Notes under the pieces: model-generated
Told to the model about the DNA's origin: nothing
The model's database searches: none
Seen by the model: the letters and a program-made list of their open reading frames with translations, nothing else
Shown here: positions 22,142-40,096 of the stretch, piece after piece
How the letters are laid out: every line of letters begins with the position of its first letter
Position numbering within the stretch: position 1 is the stretch's first letter
Assembly: GCA_050951325.1 (NCBI GenBank)
Contig: JBMNIW010000003.1
Span: 64,001 to 128,000 of the forward strand
Reading direction: 5' to 3'
Length of the DNA stretch: 64,000 nucleotides
From: Clostridia bacterium
Lineage (GTDB): Bacteria; Bacillota; Clostridia; UBA1212; DUPL01
Translations under genes and position numbers: made by a program

Positions 22142-22153
22142 AACCTGACCTCC

Positions 22154-22990
22154 TTACTTCCTTCTTGCGCGTTTTCTGACAATCAACTCATCAGACTTCT
22201 TGTTCTTCTTACGAGTCTTGTAACCAATTGTAGGTTTGCCCCATGGAGTAACAGGACTTGGCATACCGATTGGTGACCTACCTTCACCACCACCATGTGG
22301 GTGATCGCTTGGGTTCATTGCCAAACCACGTACATGAGGTCTCTTACCCATCCATCTTGAACGACCAGCCTTGCCAATCTTCATGTTCTCGTGCTCTACG
22401 TTGCCAACCTGGCCAATGGTAGCCTTGCATGTGATTGGTACGATTCTTACTTCTCCGGAAGAAAGTCTGATTTGCGCCTCTTTGCCTTCCTTTGCAACAA
22501 GCTGAGCGCTTGTTCCAGCACTTCTAATTAGCTGTCCACCTTTTCCAGGCTTGAGCTCAATGTTGTGAATAACAGTTCCAACAGGTATTCTCTCCAGAGG
22601 AAGTGCATTTCCTACCTTGATATCTGCGTCAGGTCCTGATATTACCTTGTCTCCTACATTCAATTCTGCAGGATGAAGGATGTATCTTTTCTCACCATCA
22701 GCGTAGTGAAGGAGAGCTATATTCGCAGTTCTGTTTGGATCATACTCAATTGCAGCAACAGTAGCTGGAATACCGTCTTTGTCTCTTTTGAAATCTATAA
22801 TCCTGTAATGCTTCTTTGCACCACCGCCGCGATGACGGACAGTTATTCTTCCATAAGAATTGCGACCTGCAGTTCTTTTCTTTGGTGCAATCAAGGATTT
22901 AACCTGGGCTTTGCCAGTAATCTCTTCGAATGTATATCCAGTCATTCCTCTTCTCGATGGAGTAGTCGGATTATAAGTTTTAATCGCCAT
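22154..22990 (-). CDS. rplB: 50S ribosomal protein L2
   Basis: [21 protein letters not shown]. Confidence 0.99.
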   Translation of the reverse strand: MAIKTYNPTTPSRRGMTGYTFEEITGKAQVKSLIAPKKRTAGRNSYGRITVRHRGGGAKKHYRIIDFKRDKDGIPATVAAIEYDPNRTANIALLHYADGEKRYILHPAELNVGDKVISGPDADIKVGNALPLERIPVGTVIHNIELKPGKGGQLIRSAGTSAQLVAKEGKEAQIRLSSGEVRIVPITCKATIGQVGNVEHENMKIGKAGRSRWMGKRPHVRGLAMNPSDHPHGGGEGRSPIGMPSPVTPWGKPTIGYKTRKKNKKSDELIVRKRARRK

Positions 22991-23004
22991 TATTATTCTC
23001 CTCC

Positions 23005-23370
23005 TTAGTTGTTGAAGCCGAAATCTTCAATCTCTGTCTTATACTTCTTTGTTACGGTAACAGTCTTACCGTCTTCAGCAAGGTATTCGATAACATCGGA
23101 AGGATCTGTATCAATCTGTACTATTGCCTTCTTCCATCTTGATGTGTATCCTACATTGAGTCCTGAAGCATCTCGGCGAGTTCTCTTCTTGCCATCGTAG
23201 CGTACGGTGTTAACCTTCAATACCTTAACGTTAAAAAGTCTTTCCACCGCTCTCTTAATATCTATCTTTGTCGCCCTTATATCAACTACAAAAGTGTACT
23301 TGCCTTCAGCTGCAAGCATTGTACTTTTTTCTGTTACGTGAGGACGGATAATGATATCGTAATCTGTCAT
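23005..23370 (-). CDS. rplW: 50S ribosomal protein L23 (extended)
   Basis: PHVTEKS, KYTFVV, WKKAIV. Confidence 0.97.
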   Translation of the reverse strand: MTDYDIIIRPHVTEKSTMLAAEGKYTFVVDIRATKIDIKRAVERLFNVKVLKVNTVRYDGKKRTRRDASGLNVGYTSRWKKAIVQIDTDPSDVIEYLAEDGKTVTVTKKYKTEIEDFGFNN

Positions 23371-24002
23371 TATGCATACACCTCCGATACCTTGCTTAAT
23401 GCATCCTTGGTTATTATGAATTTGGAATGACGAAGGATGTCATATACGTTGATTGTATTTACATAAGCTGTTGATACGCCCTCAATGTTGCGTGATGACA
23501 GAACAACCTTGTCATTGTTTTCATCCTTCCCATTAAGAACGATTAAAGCTGTCTCATCTACATCCAAATCCTTCAACAATTGAACCATTCTCTTTGTCTT
23601 AATCTCTTCCAATTCAAGCTTGTCAATAACGATAATGTCGTCATTCTGGGCTTTTGTACTGAGTGAGGACTTAAGCGCAAGTCTCTTCAACTTCTTAGGA
23701 AGCTTTATTGAGTAATCTCTTGGTGATGGACCAAATACAACTCCACCGCCTACCCACAAAGGTGATCTGATGCTTCCATGTCTTGCACGACCGGTACCCT
23801 TTTGTCTGTATGGCTTCCTGCCTCCACCATTGACTTCGCTTCTGTCCTTGGTGGCATGGGTTCCCTGACGCTGGTTTGCAAGATAGCTTTTTACCGACAT
23901 GTGCATTGCCGGCTCATTTATTTCCACTCCAAATATATTGCTGTCAAGCTCTATCTCTTCTACGACATTACCGGACATGTCATATACTTTTACCTTTGGC
24001 AT
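23370..24002 (-). CDS. rplD: 50S ribosomal protein L4
   Basis: [15 protein letters not shown]. Confidence 0.99.
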   Translation of the reverse strand: MPKVKVYDMSGNVVEEIELDSNIFGVEINEPAMHMSVKSYLANQRQGTHATKDRSEVNGGGRKPYRQKGTGRARHGSIRSPLWVGGGVVFGPSPRDYSIKLPKKLKRLALKSSLSTKAQNDDIIVIDKLELEEIKTKRMVQLLKDLDVDETALIVLNGKDENNDKVVLSSRNIEGVSTAYVNTINVYDILRHSKFIITKDALSKVSEVYA

Positions 24003-24022
24003 GTTAAAAATCCTCCCTTACA

Positions 24023-24652
24023 TTATGCTTTGACAGATTCTCTGATTTCGAGTAATCCGCCTCTAGGCCCTGGGACTGCACCTTTTATAAGCAAAAGGCC
24101 TCTTTCTGCATCCACTTTCACAATCTTGAGATTCTGAACAGTGACTCTTTCTCTACCCATCTGACCTGGCAGCTTTCTACCCTTGAACACTCTACCAGGA
24201 TCCGAGGTTGAACCAAGTGAACCGACACCTCTGTGATATTTTGAACCGTGTGACATTGGTCCTCTGCTCTGTCCATGTCTTTTTATTGAACCCTGGAATC
24301 CTTTACCCTTGGAAATTCCACTAACATCCACAGAGTCTCCATCGGCAAACATCTTATCAATACTGATTTCCTGACCTACTTCGAAATCATCGATTTTCTC
24401 TGTTCTGAACTCTTTCAGATATCTGTAGGCATCCATGTCAAGCTTATCGAACAGGCCTCTGTCAGGCTTGTTTAGTTTGCGTTTTTCAATCTTTTCGTAA
24501 CCTACTCTTACAGCATCGTATCCGTCGGTCTCAACTGTCTTTTTTTGTACGACAGCACATGGACCTGCTTGTACAACTGTTACTGGAATGATTACTCCTT
24601 CTTCATCAAATACTTGTGTCATTCCGACTTTTTTACCTAATATGAACTTCAT
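24023..24652 (-). CDS. rplC: 50S ribosomal protein L3
   Basis: GKKVGMTQVF, SKGKGFQG, GPMSHGS. Confidence 0.99.
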   Translation of the reverse strand: MKFILGKKVGMTQVFDEEGVIIPVTVVQAGPCAVVQKKTVETDGYDAVRVGYEKIEKRKLNKPDRGLFDKLDMDAYRYLKEFRTEKIDDFEVGQEISIDKMFADGDSVDVSGISKGKGFQGSIKRHGQSRGPMSHGSKYHRGVGSLGSTSDPGRVFKGRKLPGQMGRERVTVQNLKIVKVDAERGLLLIKGAVPGPRGGLLEIRESVKA

Positions 24653-24725
24653 TAAATATACCTCCTATTGGTTATTGGTTCACAACTTTCGTGAACATTA
24701 CCGAGACACCAGTGTCTCCTAGAGC

Positions 24726-25040
24726 TTATTGCTGTACTTTTATTTCAATATCAACACCAGCTGGCAAATCCAATCTCATAAGTGCATCGATTGTTTTTGG
24801 TGTTGGCATCAAAATGTCAATAAGCCTTTTGTGAGTACGCATTTCAAATTGCTCACGCGCATCCTTATACTTATGTGGTGCACGAAGGATAGTTATAACT
24901 TCCCTCTTCGTTGGCAGAGGCACCGGACCTGATACCCTTGCACCTGTACGCTTTGCAGTTTCAACGATTTTGTGAGCTGATTGATCAAGAATCTGAAAAT
25001 CGTATGCTCTCAACTTAATTCTCATTTTTTGCTTTGCCAT
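24726..25040 (-). CDS. rpsJ: 30S ribosomal protein S10
   Basis: [19 protein letters not shown]. Confidence 0.99.
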   Translation of the reverse strand: MAKQKMRIKLRAYDFQILDQSAHKIVETAKRTGARVSGPVPLPTKREVITILRAPHKYKDAREQFEMRTHKRLIDILMPTPKTIDALMRLDLPAGVDIEIKVQQ

Positions 25041-25285
25041 ACATAAACCTCTCTTTCATTTGGTACGTACTGCCTACTTTGTACACTATGCCGTGTGTTT
25101 CATATTGCCTCTAAAAAAACGAATCGAAATATCCACCTGCGATGGATTTCAATTCATTGAAAATGAAACCACTACATAAGTGTCTTTGTGATTTGACGCC
25201 CGTTTTCAGTGAATCGGACATTCTCCACATGAGTTACCCGCATGTTTGCGGCAATCTCTTGCTTCATAGTCTGTCAAACCACAGC
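25041..25285 (-). ncRNA. Long structured 5' leader of the S10 operon (candidate ribosomal-protein autoregulatory leader)
   Basis: About 245 nt between the promoter and rpsJ; contains ATGAAGCAAGAGATTGCCGC...GCGGGTAACTC...GAGAATGTCCG...CGGGCG, resembling Firmicutes S10 leaders. Confidence 0.55.
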
Positions 25286-25291
25286 CTGCAT

Positions 25292-25320
25292 ATTATACAT
25301 CTTTTCTCTAATATGCGCAA
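25292..25320 (-). promoter_or_regulatory. SigA promoter of the S10 operon
   Basis: TTGCGC-N17-TATAAT. Confidence 0.75.
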
Positions 25321-25376
25321 GACATGGAAATGTAAATTTTTTATTAATACACAGATTTAAAAATTTGCATAAAAAA

Positions 25377-25493
<117 letters not shown>

Positions 25494-25601
25494 TGTCTGA
25501 TGTGACATGTTTATGCCACATTGACAATCGAACAACTACCGATATATATACGAATGATGTCTTACTCAATCTTCAACGATTGTGTCTTGTTCGTTTATTT
25601 T

Positions 25602-28509
<2,908 letters not shown>

Positions 28510-28649
28510 TATGTTCTCTCTCCGTCTAGATTGAGTAATCCTAAGAGTAATTTATTATTTACCCTTTCGGCTTCATCATATATATATCTTCGTTATTCGA
28601 TTGTCAATGTTCATAAACATTTCAATTTACTTGACCAATTTTATTGGTC

Positions 28650-28725
28650 TGGTGGAGATAATGAGATTCGAACTCATGACCCCCTGCTTGCAAGGCAGGT
28701 GCTCTCCCAACTGAGCTATACCCCC
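28650..28725 (-). tRNA. tRNA-Ala (UGC) in the 16S-23S spacer
   Basis: GGGGGTATAGCTCAGTTGGGAGAGCACCTGCCTTGCAAGCAGGGGGTCATGAGTTCGAATCTCATTATCTCCACCA; CCA encoded. Confidence 0.97.
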
Positions 28726-28776
28726 ATATTTATCTAAACAGCGTATCTGTACTTTCGTTCACTTAAAGGAATTACT

Positions 28777-30331
<1,555 letters not shown>

Positions 30332-30471
30332 TATCTTCAAACTAAAAATTTGTTAGCTCTTTACGTTTCCAGTTTAACTGGCTTGTTTCTAAATTAACTC
30401 ATAAGAATTAAACGAGTTACATGATACGCTGTTTAGTTTTCAATGTGCTGCTGTCGTTGGACAGCTCGATT

Positions 30472-30500
30472 AGTATAGCACCTAAAAAAGTGTTTGTCAA
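30472..30500 (-). promoter_or_regulatory. rRNA operon SigA promoter
   Basis: TTGACA-N17-TATACT with TG extension; BoxA/processing-stalk-like CACATTGAAAACTAAACAG downstream at about 30430-30448. Confidence 0.85.
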
Positions 30501-30528
30501 CCATGATTTTAAAAATTTTCGATATTTT

Positions 30529-31455
30529 TCACTGGGAATTTTCCTCATTTTGTTCAAGCTTCATTGTATCGAGAATTTCTATCATGAAATCAATTGCCTT
30601 CTCCTTATTCATACTGGTTCTGGCAATAGTCAGTATCATAACCTTCTCCTGTCCCTTGTCCACATCATGCAGCCACTCTAGGGACGTGCCATCAAAAAAC
30701 GTCGTATTTGTTACATCAACACCGTAAACAGCTTCTACAGGCTGCATTCCCTCTTCGATGTCCGGATTGAGCTTGTAATCAAACTTTCTCAAAGAGTCAT
30801 ACCATTCCCTGTCGGAATACTCTTTTAGAATATCATCCAGAGCAAGAAAAGCTCCTTGCCTAACATACGCATCATAGCTTTCCTTATCTAATAAAATGAC
30901 ATCAAGATTTTTACCAACCATAAGCTGCGACAGAAACGATGTAGCCTGGCTTTGAACCGCAGGTGTTAACTGGGTCTCAGTGGTTACCGTGAAAAAGGAT
31001 ATTACAGGGTATTTTGTAACTTTTGATCTTTTCACTATCTCCTCATTGAAATCCGTAGGATTCGCAACACTGAACGCACCTACAAACTTGATTCCAAAAT
31101 CGGTCTTTCGATTGTCCCTGTACTGAAGAATAAACAAAGTACCCATGGCCAGCAGTAAGATTACCGCAAAAATCGCAAAATAGTACTGGCTGAGATGTGC
31201 CTGTATTATTTCAAATCTTTTTCGCACGCTGTATGGAATGATGGATGTTGGGTTATCATCCTCAAGATTTTGATTCTTCCCTGTAAGCTCGTTATAGGCT
31301 TTGGTGATGGCTCTGTAATATTCCAGATCCTCGTAAGTTTGTCCTTTTTCGTCTACTCTCTTTTTATACTGCCGTATAAGAGCACCGTATTTTCTTTCAA
31401 CATCTTCCAGGGTTGCATTTTCAGGAAGTCCCAACACCTCATAGTTGCTTTTCAC
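30529..31455 (-). CDS. Membrane protein: degenerate J-like N-terminal domain, TM helix, extracytoplasmic solute-binding-like domain
   Basis: NYEVLGLPENATLEDVERKY...ITKAYNEL without HPD; TM YYFAIFAVILLLAMGTLFIL; LDVILLDKESY..YVRQGAFLALDD; start codon uncertain (GTG 31455). Confidence 0.6.
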   Translation of the reverse strand: MKSNYEVLGLPENATLEDVERKYGALIRQYKKRVDEKGQTYEDLEYYRAITKAYNELTGKNQNLEDDNPTSIIPYSVRKRFEIIQAHLSQYYFAIFAVILLLAMGTLFILQYRDNRKTDFGIKFVGAFSVANPTDFNEEIVKRSKVTKYPVISFFTVTTETQLTPAVQSQATSFLSQLMVGKNLDVILLDKESYDAYVRQGAFLALDDILKEYSDREWYDSLRKFDYKLNPDIEEGMQPVEAVYGVDVTNTTFFDGTSLEWLHDVDKGQEKVMILTIARTSMNKEKAIDFMIEILDTMKLEQNEENSQ

Positions 31456-31469
31456 TTCAATCACCCATG

Positions 31470-33472
<2,003 letters not shown>

Positions 33473-33513
33473 ACTGTCACTCCTTCATTAATCCATTCTC
33501 AATATATTCAACG

Positions 33514-35019
33514 CTATTTATTGCGGTAATCCTTTTCCTTCAAGATGACACTGTGTGCTCCGCCTTCAACAATGCTTGTAGCGGATACCAAAGTAAGTCT
33601 TGCATTTTTATGAAGTTCAGGTATAGACAATACACCGCAATTGCACATGGTAGCCTTTAATTTATTTATTGTAACTTCAACGTTGTCTCTGAGCGGACCT
33701 GCATATGGAACGTATGCATCAACACCTTCTTCAAACGTCATGCCAGGGGTATCTCCCAAATCATATCTCTGCCAGTTCCTTGCCCTGTTGGAACCTTCTC
33801 CCCAGTATTCCTTAACATAAGTGCCGTTAATATTGAGCTTTCTTGTCGGGCTTTCGTCAAATCTTGCAAAATATCTGCCAAGCATTACGAAATCCGCACC
33901 CATTGCCAATGCAAGAGTTATGTGATAGTCATGTACAATGCCGCCATCGGAACAAAGAGGAATATAGATGCCTGTCTTCTTGAAGTACTCGTCCCTGGCC
34001 TTGGCAACCTCAATAACTGCCGAAGCCTGGCCCCTTCCTATTCCCTTCTGCTCTCTAGTTATGCAGATGGAACCTCCACCAATACCGATTTTGATAAAGT
34101 CAGCACCAGCTTCCGCAAGGTATAGGAAACTCTCTGCATCGACTACATTACCTGCACCGCATCTGACCTTGCCGTTGTATTCCGTCTTGATAAACTCAAG
34201 GGTATCCTTCTGCCATTCGGAATAACCTACAGAGGAATCTATGCACAAAACGTCAACTCCGGCATTTACAAGCTCGGGCACCCTTTCCCTGTAGTCTCTT
34301 GTGTTGATACCTGCACCGGTCATATAGCGCTTTTCCTTGTCGAGCAGTTCTACGGGATTTTCCTTGTGTTGGTCATAGTCCTTTCTGAAAACCAGATATC
34401 TAAGACGATTTTCCTCATCTATAATTGGCAGGGTGTTGAGTTTGTGGTCCCAGATTATATCATTTGCCTGTTTAAGTGTAATTCCTTCTCTTGCAAAAAC
34501 AAGCTTCTCAAAGGGAGTCATGAAATCCTTTATTTTTGTTTCAGGACTCATTCTGCTGACTCTGTAATCCCTGCTTGTAACAATTCCCATAAGGTATCCG
34601 TTGGGAGAGCCGTCATGAGTAATAGCAATGGTGGAATGGCCTTTTTCCTTCTTAAGATTCAAAACATCTTCAAGGGTATTTTCAGGAGTCAGATTCGAAT
34701 CGCTTACAACAAATCCAGACTTGTACTTCTTGACTCTTTTAACCATCTCTGCTTGCTCCTCAATTGACTGAGAACCATAAATGAAGGCCAAACCTCCGCA
34801 TTTGGCCAAAGCAATTGCCATCTTGTCATCGGATACCGACTGCATGATCGCAGAAACGAGGGGTATGTTCATGTAAATTTCAGATTCCTCCCCCTCTTTA
34901 TACTTTACAACCGGAGTCCTTAAAGACACGTTGCTTGGTATGCACTGTTTTGTTGCCAAACCTGGCAATAGTAAATATTCGCTAAATGTATGCGACGGTT
35001 CATCGTAAATATATGCCAT
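33514..35019 (-). CDS. guaB: IMP dehydrogenase (with CBS domains)
   Basis: [12 protein letters not shown] catalytic Cys loop, [19 protein letters not shown]. Confidence 0.93.
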   Translation of the reverse strand: MAYIYDEPSHTFSEYLLLPGLATKQCIPSNVSLRTPVVKYKEGEESEIYMNIPLVSAIMQSVSDDKMAIALAKCGGLAFIYGSQSIEEQAEMVKRVKKYKSGFVVSDSNLTPENTLEDVLNLKKEKGHSTIAITHDGSPNGYLMGIVTSRDYRVSRMSPETKIKDFMTPFEKLVFAREGITLKQANDIIWDHKLNTLPIIDEENRLRYLVFRKDYDQHKENPVELLDKEKRYMTGAGINTRDYRERVPELVNAGVDVLCIDSSVGYSEWQKDTLEFIKTEYNGKVRCGAGNVVDAESFLYLAEAGADFIKIGIGGGSICITREQKGIGRGQASAVIEVAKARDEYFKKTGIYIPLCSDGGIVHDYHITLALAMGADFVMLGRYFARFDESPTRKLNINGTYVKEYWGEGSNRARNWQRYDLGDTPGMTFEEGVDAYVPYAGPLRDNVEVTINKLKATMCNCGVLSIPELHKNARLTLVSATSIVEGGAHSVILKEKDYRNK

Positions 35020-35064
35020 GATCTTTCTCCTTAAAATCCATAATATATAAAGTTAGTGGAAGAT

Positions 35065-35093
35065 ATTATAATGTTTGCATATTTATATGTCAA
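35065..35093 (-). promoter_or_regulatory. SigA promoter of guaB
   Basis: Perfect TTGACA-N17-TATAAT. Confidence 0.85.
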
Positions 35094-35098
35094 ATTAA

Positions 35099-35614
35099 TT
35101 ATTTGTTGTCTTTTAGTAAAGCCTTAGCTACGACACTGCTATAACCTTTCAGCATCGCCAGCAATTTTTCGTTTGGTTCAAATATTATCAAGAATCTTCC
35201 TTGGTTCTGGTGGCATGTAAAGTAATATAAGTCCACATCATCTCTGCCGCTTGAGCAATCAACATGCTTGGTGCCATCTTTATATTCTTCATCAACACTA
35301 TCATTATACCTGCCAAATGTAAGGATATCGGAAGCTGGCAATTTTATAACAGGCTGTCTTTTTGCCTGGTTAACAAGTTTGTCAATATTGAAAATTCCCG
35401 AATGCAGTGAGTACTCAAACTCCACCTTGTTGTAATTTATGTACACCAGCCTGGACACTATGCCTGCAGCAAAAAGAATAAAGGGTGTCGGAACAAAAAC
35501 GATGTATCCAGCAAAATTGTATAACAATACAAGCAAAACCACAGCGGCAACCATTATCATGAAACTCAAAAAAGTGTAAAAGGAATCCGTTTCCCTTTTA
35601 ATAATTATCTCCAT
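35099..35614 (-). CDS. DUF6106-like membrane protein
   Basis: Two N-terminal TM helices, VEFEYSL...IDKLVNQAKR, IIFEPNEK. Confidence 0.7.
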   Translation of the reverse strand: MEIIIKRETDSFYTFLSFMIMVAAVVLLVLLYNFAGYIVFVPTPFILFAAGIVSRLVYINYNKVEFEYSLHSGIFNIDKLVNQAKRQPVIKLPASDILTFGRYNDSVDEEYKDGTKHVDCSSGRDDVDLYYFTCHQNQGRFLIIFEPNEKLLAMLKGYSSVVAKALLKDNK

Positions 35615-35640
35615 TATCACACCACCTGAAATGAATAATA

Positions 35641-35673
35641 TATGAAGGCCACAATTTTATTGTGACCTTCATA
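35641..35673 (-). terminator. Stem-loop after groEL
   Basis: TATGAAGGTCACAAT-AAA-ATTGTGGCCTTCATA followed by an AT-rich tail. Confidence 0.65.
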
Positions 35674-35705
35674 GTATAACACAAAATGTTTCTAATTAAA
35701 ACCTT

Positions 35706-37331
<1,626 letters not shown>

Positions 37332-37353
37332 TCATCGCCTCCATCTATCTATT

Positions 37354-37668
<315 letters not shown>

Positions 37669-37671
37669 TTA

Positions 37672-37698
37672 TTAGCACTCACTTCAAATGAGTGCTAA
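37672..37698. promoter_or_regulatory. CIRCE element (HrcA operator)
   Basis: Perfect TTAGCACTC-N9-GAGTGCTAA, just downstream of a TTGATT-N16-TATAAT promoter (37704-37731, minus strand). Confidence 0.97.
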
Positions 37699-37780
37699 TA
37701 ATAATTATAATAATATTTCAAAAATAATCAAGACCCAAATGTAAAGTTTTTCTTCAAAAACTCCAAAATTTGATATAAAA

Positions 37781-38443
37781 CTACTCTTTTACTTCTTTTT
37801 TCATTAATTTGCTCAACTTTTCCGATTTTATACCTTTTCTTTCTAACAGCCTGTCATAAACGTCATCCCATGTAATACCGCACTCCACCATAAGCACCAT
37901 CAAATGGTACATAAAGTCCGCAATTTCTCCAACAGTATCATTCTTAATTTCATTCTTGGAGGCTATAATGATTTCCGCACTCTCTTCCCCTATCTTTTTG
38001 CAAATCTTGTCAATACCTTCCCTGAACAGATAATTGGTATAAGAATCATCCCTGGGATTTGCTTTTCTGTCCGCTATGACATCATAATCCTCGTATAAAA
38101 TATTATGTTTAACAAAAACAGGTGAAGGATTATGAAAACATGACCTTTCACCGGTATGACATGCACTCCCTGTCTGCTCAACCAGAACAAGTAATGTATC
38201 TCCGTCACAATCATAAGCCATGTCAACAATTTTCTGCACATTTCCACTGGTCTCGCCCTTTTTCCACAAGGCCTTTCGGCTTCTGGAATAGTAAGTACAG
38301 AAACCTGTATCAAGAGAAATCTCCAAAGACTCCTTATTCATCCAGGCCATCATAAGAACTTCACCTGTTCTACAGTCCTGAACAATACAAGGCACCATTC
38401 CCTCTTCATTGAACTTTATATCCTTAATTAATTCCTTGTCCAT
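37781..38443 (-). CDS. hisIE: Bifunctional PR-AMP cyclohydrolase / PR-ATP pyrophosphatase
   Basis: [33 protein letters not shown]. Confidence 0.96.
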   Translation of the reverse strand: MDKELIKDIKFNEEGMVPCIVQDCRTGEVLMMAWMNKESLEISLDTGFCTYYSRSRKALWKKGETSGNVQKIVDMAYDCDGDTLLVLVEQTGSACHTGERSCFHNPSPVFVKHNILYEDYDVIADRKANPRDDSYTNYLFREGIDKICKKIGEESAEIIIASKNEIKNDTVGEIADFMYHLMVLMVECGITWDDVYDRLLERKGIKSEKLSKLMKKEVKE

Positions 38444-38444
38444 A

Positions 38445-39029
38445 TTACAAAACTCCTTTGGTCGATAATACTCCCTTTTGATTCGGATCATAACTTATTG
38501 CCTGCTTCAAGGCGTGCGCAAAGGCCTTGAAAACACTCTCAATTATATGATGCGTATTCGTTCCATAGCGAACAATAACATGGAGGTTCATTCCGGCATT
38601 GCTTGCAATGCTGGTGAAAAACTCCTGAACGGTTTCCGTTTCAAACTCTCCCAAACGGATGCACGGTATTTCACCCTTCAATATAAAGAAGGATCTGCCG
38701 CCAAAATCAATTACAACCTCGCTTAAAGCCTCATCCATGGGTATTACACTATGGCCGTATCTTTTTATTCCATCCTTGCTGCCGGCAGCTTCCTTAAGCA
38801 AAGTACCAACAACAATACCAACATCCTCCACAGTATGATGGCAGTCCACATACAAATCGCCTTTTGCTTCCACAGACAAACCTATACCCGAATGTTTTGC
38901 AAAAAGCTCCAACATATGGTCAAAAAAACCTATGCCGGTATTGATATCATATGCACCACCATCCAAATTAATTGAAGCTTCAATTTTTGTTTCTCTTGTT
39001 TCTCTTTTTACAAACGCTTTCCTGTCCAT
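38445..39029 (-). CDS. hisB: Imidazoleglycerol-phosphate dehydratase
   Basis: [27 protein letters not shown]. Confidence 0.97.
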   Translation of the reverse strand: MDRKAFVKRETRETKIEASINLDGGAYDINTGIGFFDHMLELFAKHSGIGLSVEAKGDLYVDCHHTVEDVGIVVGTLLKEAAGSKDGIKRYGHSVIPMDEALSEVVIDFGGRSFFILKGEIPCIRLGEFETETVQEFFTSIASNAGMNLHVIVRYGTNTHHIIESVFKAFAHALKQAISYDPNQKGVLSTKGVL

Positions 39030-39037
39030 AATATCCC

Positions 39038-40096
39038 TCATTCCATATCTTTAATTAAAGAAAGAAACTTATCCATCTCCTCATCAGTTCCTATGGTGAC
39101 TCTTAGATAATTGTCAATTCTATTCGTTTTGAAATGACGAACCAAAACACCCTTTGATCTTAAATAGCTCATAATGTCTTCCGCATTTTTTGTTTTATGG
39201 GAAATAAACAGAAAGTTTGTCCTGGAATCAAGCACCTTGAATCCAAGTTCCATAAGTTCTTTTTTCACACTCTCTCTTGTTGATACAATCTTATCAATGA
39301 CAGATTTGTAATACTCATCATCCTTTAATGCAGCTTCAGCTGCAACTATTGCGAGCCTGTCCAGTGTATATGAATTAAAAGAATCCTTTATCCTGTTTAA
39401 TCCGTCAACCAGCTCCTTGCTGCCACAAGCAAAACCAACTCTCATGCCTGCAAGAGCCCTTGACTTTGACAATGTCTGCACAACAAGAAGATTGTCATAC
39501 TTATTTACCAGCCCAATACAGCTTTCTCCACCAAAATCCACATACGCCTCATCTATGATTACCACATCATCCGGATGAGCATTTAGAATTCTTTCAATAT
39601 CACCAATATCAAGCGCAAGAGATGTTGGAGCATTCGGATTTGCTATGACAACGTTGCCCTTTTCCCTAACAAAAGCATCCACATCTATTGTAAAGTCATC
39701 TTTTAAAGGAATCTGTTTGCATTCAAGTTCGCACAAATCACAGTATACGGTATAAAAACTGTAGGTAATGTCAGGTATAAGTACTTTTTTGTCCTTGGCA
39801 AAAAACGCAAGAAAAGAAAAAGCCAAAACTTCATCCGAGCCGTTTCCTGCAAACACACACTCAAGAGACAGATTATACTTGTCCGCAAAAGCCCTTCTTG
39901 CCAAGCTTGCATCAGGCGCAGGATACAACCTTAAAGACTCATTGACACTTTGACAAATTGCATCAATTACTCTGGGAGATGGCGGATATGGGCATTCATT
40001 CGTATTGATTTTAATAAAAGTCTCGCCTTCCTTTGGTTGTTCACCAGGTACATACGGTATTAGATTTTTCGTGCGTTTGTTAAAATACTTGCTCAT
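39038..40096 (-). CDS. hisC: Histidinol-phosphate aminotransferase
   Basis: NTNECPY, GNGSDE, DEAYVDF, TLSKSRALAGMRVG. Confidence 0.96.
   Translation of the reverse strand: MSKYFNKRTKNLIPYVPGEQPKEGETFIKINTNECPYPPSPRVIDAICQSVNESLRLYPAPDASLARRAFADKYNLSLECVFAGNGSDEVLAFSFLAFFAKDKKVLIPDITYSFYTVYCDLCELECKQIPLKDDFTIDVDAFVREKGNVVIANPNAPTSLALDIGDIERILNAHPDDVVIIDEAYVDFGGESCIGLVNKYDNLLVVQTLSKSRALAGMRVGFACGSKELVDGLNRIKDSFNSYTLDRLAIVAAEAALKDDEYYKSVIDKIVSTRESVKKELMELGFKVLDSRTNFLFISHKTKNAEDIMSYLRSKGVLVRHFKTNRIDNYLRVTIGTDEEMDKFLSLIKDME

Noticed and set aside
24678-24718. Two small hairpins between rpsJ and rplC
   Set aside because: Stems of only 6-7 bp, not distinguishable from ordinary spacer structure without alignment
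9387-24932. Plus-strand ORFs opposite the ribosomal-protein genes (e.g. 16204-17016)
   Set aside because: Antisense shadows of codon-biased genes, with no RBS or recognisable motifs
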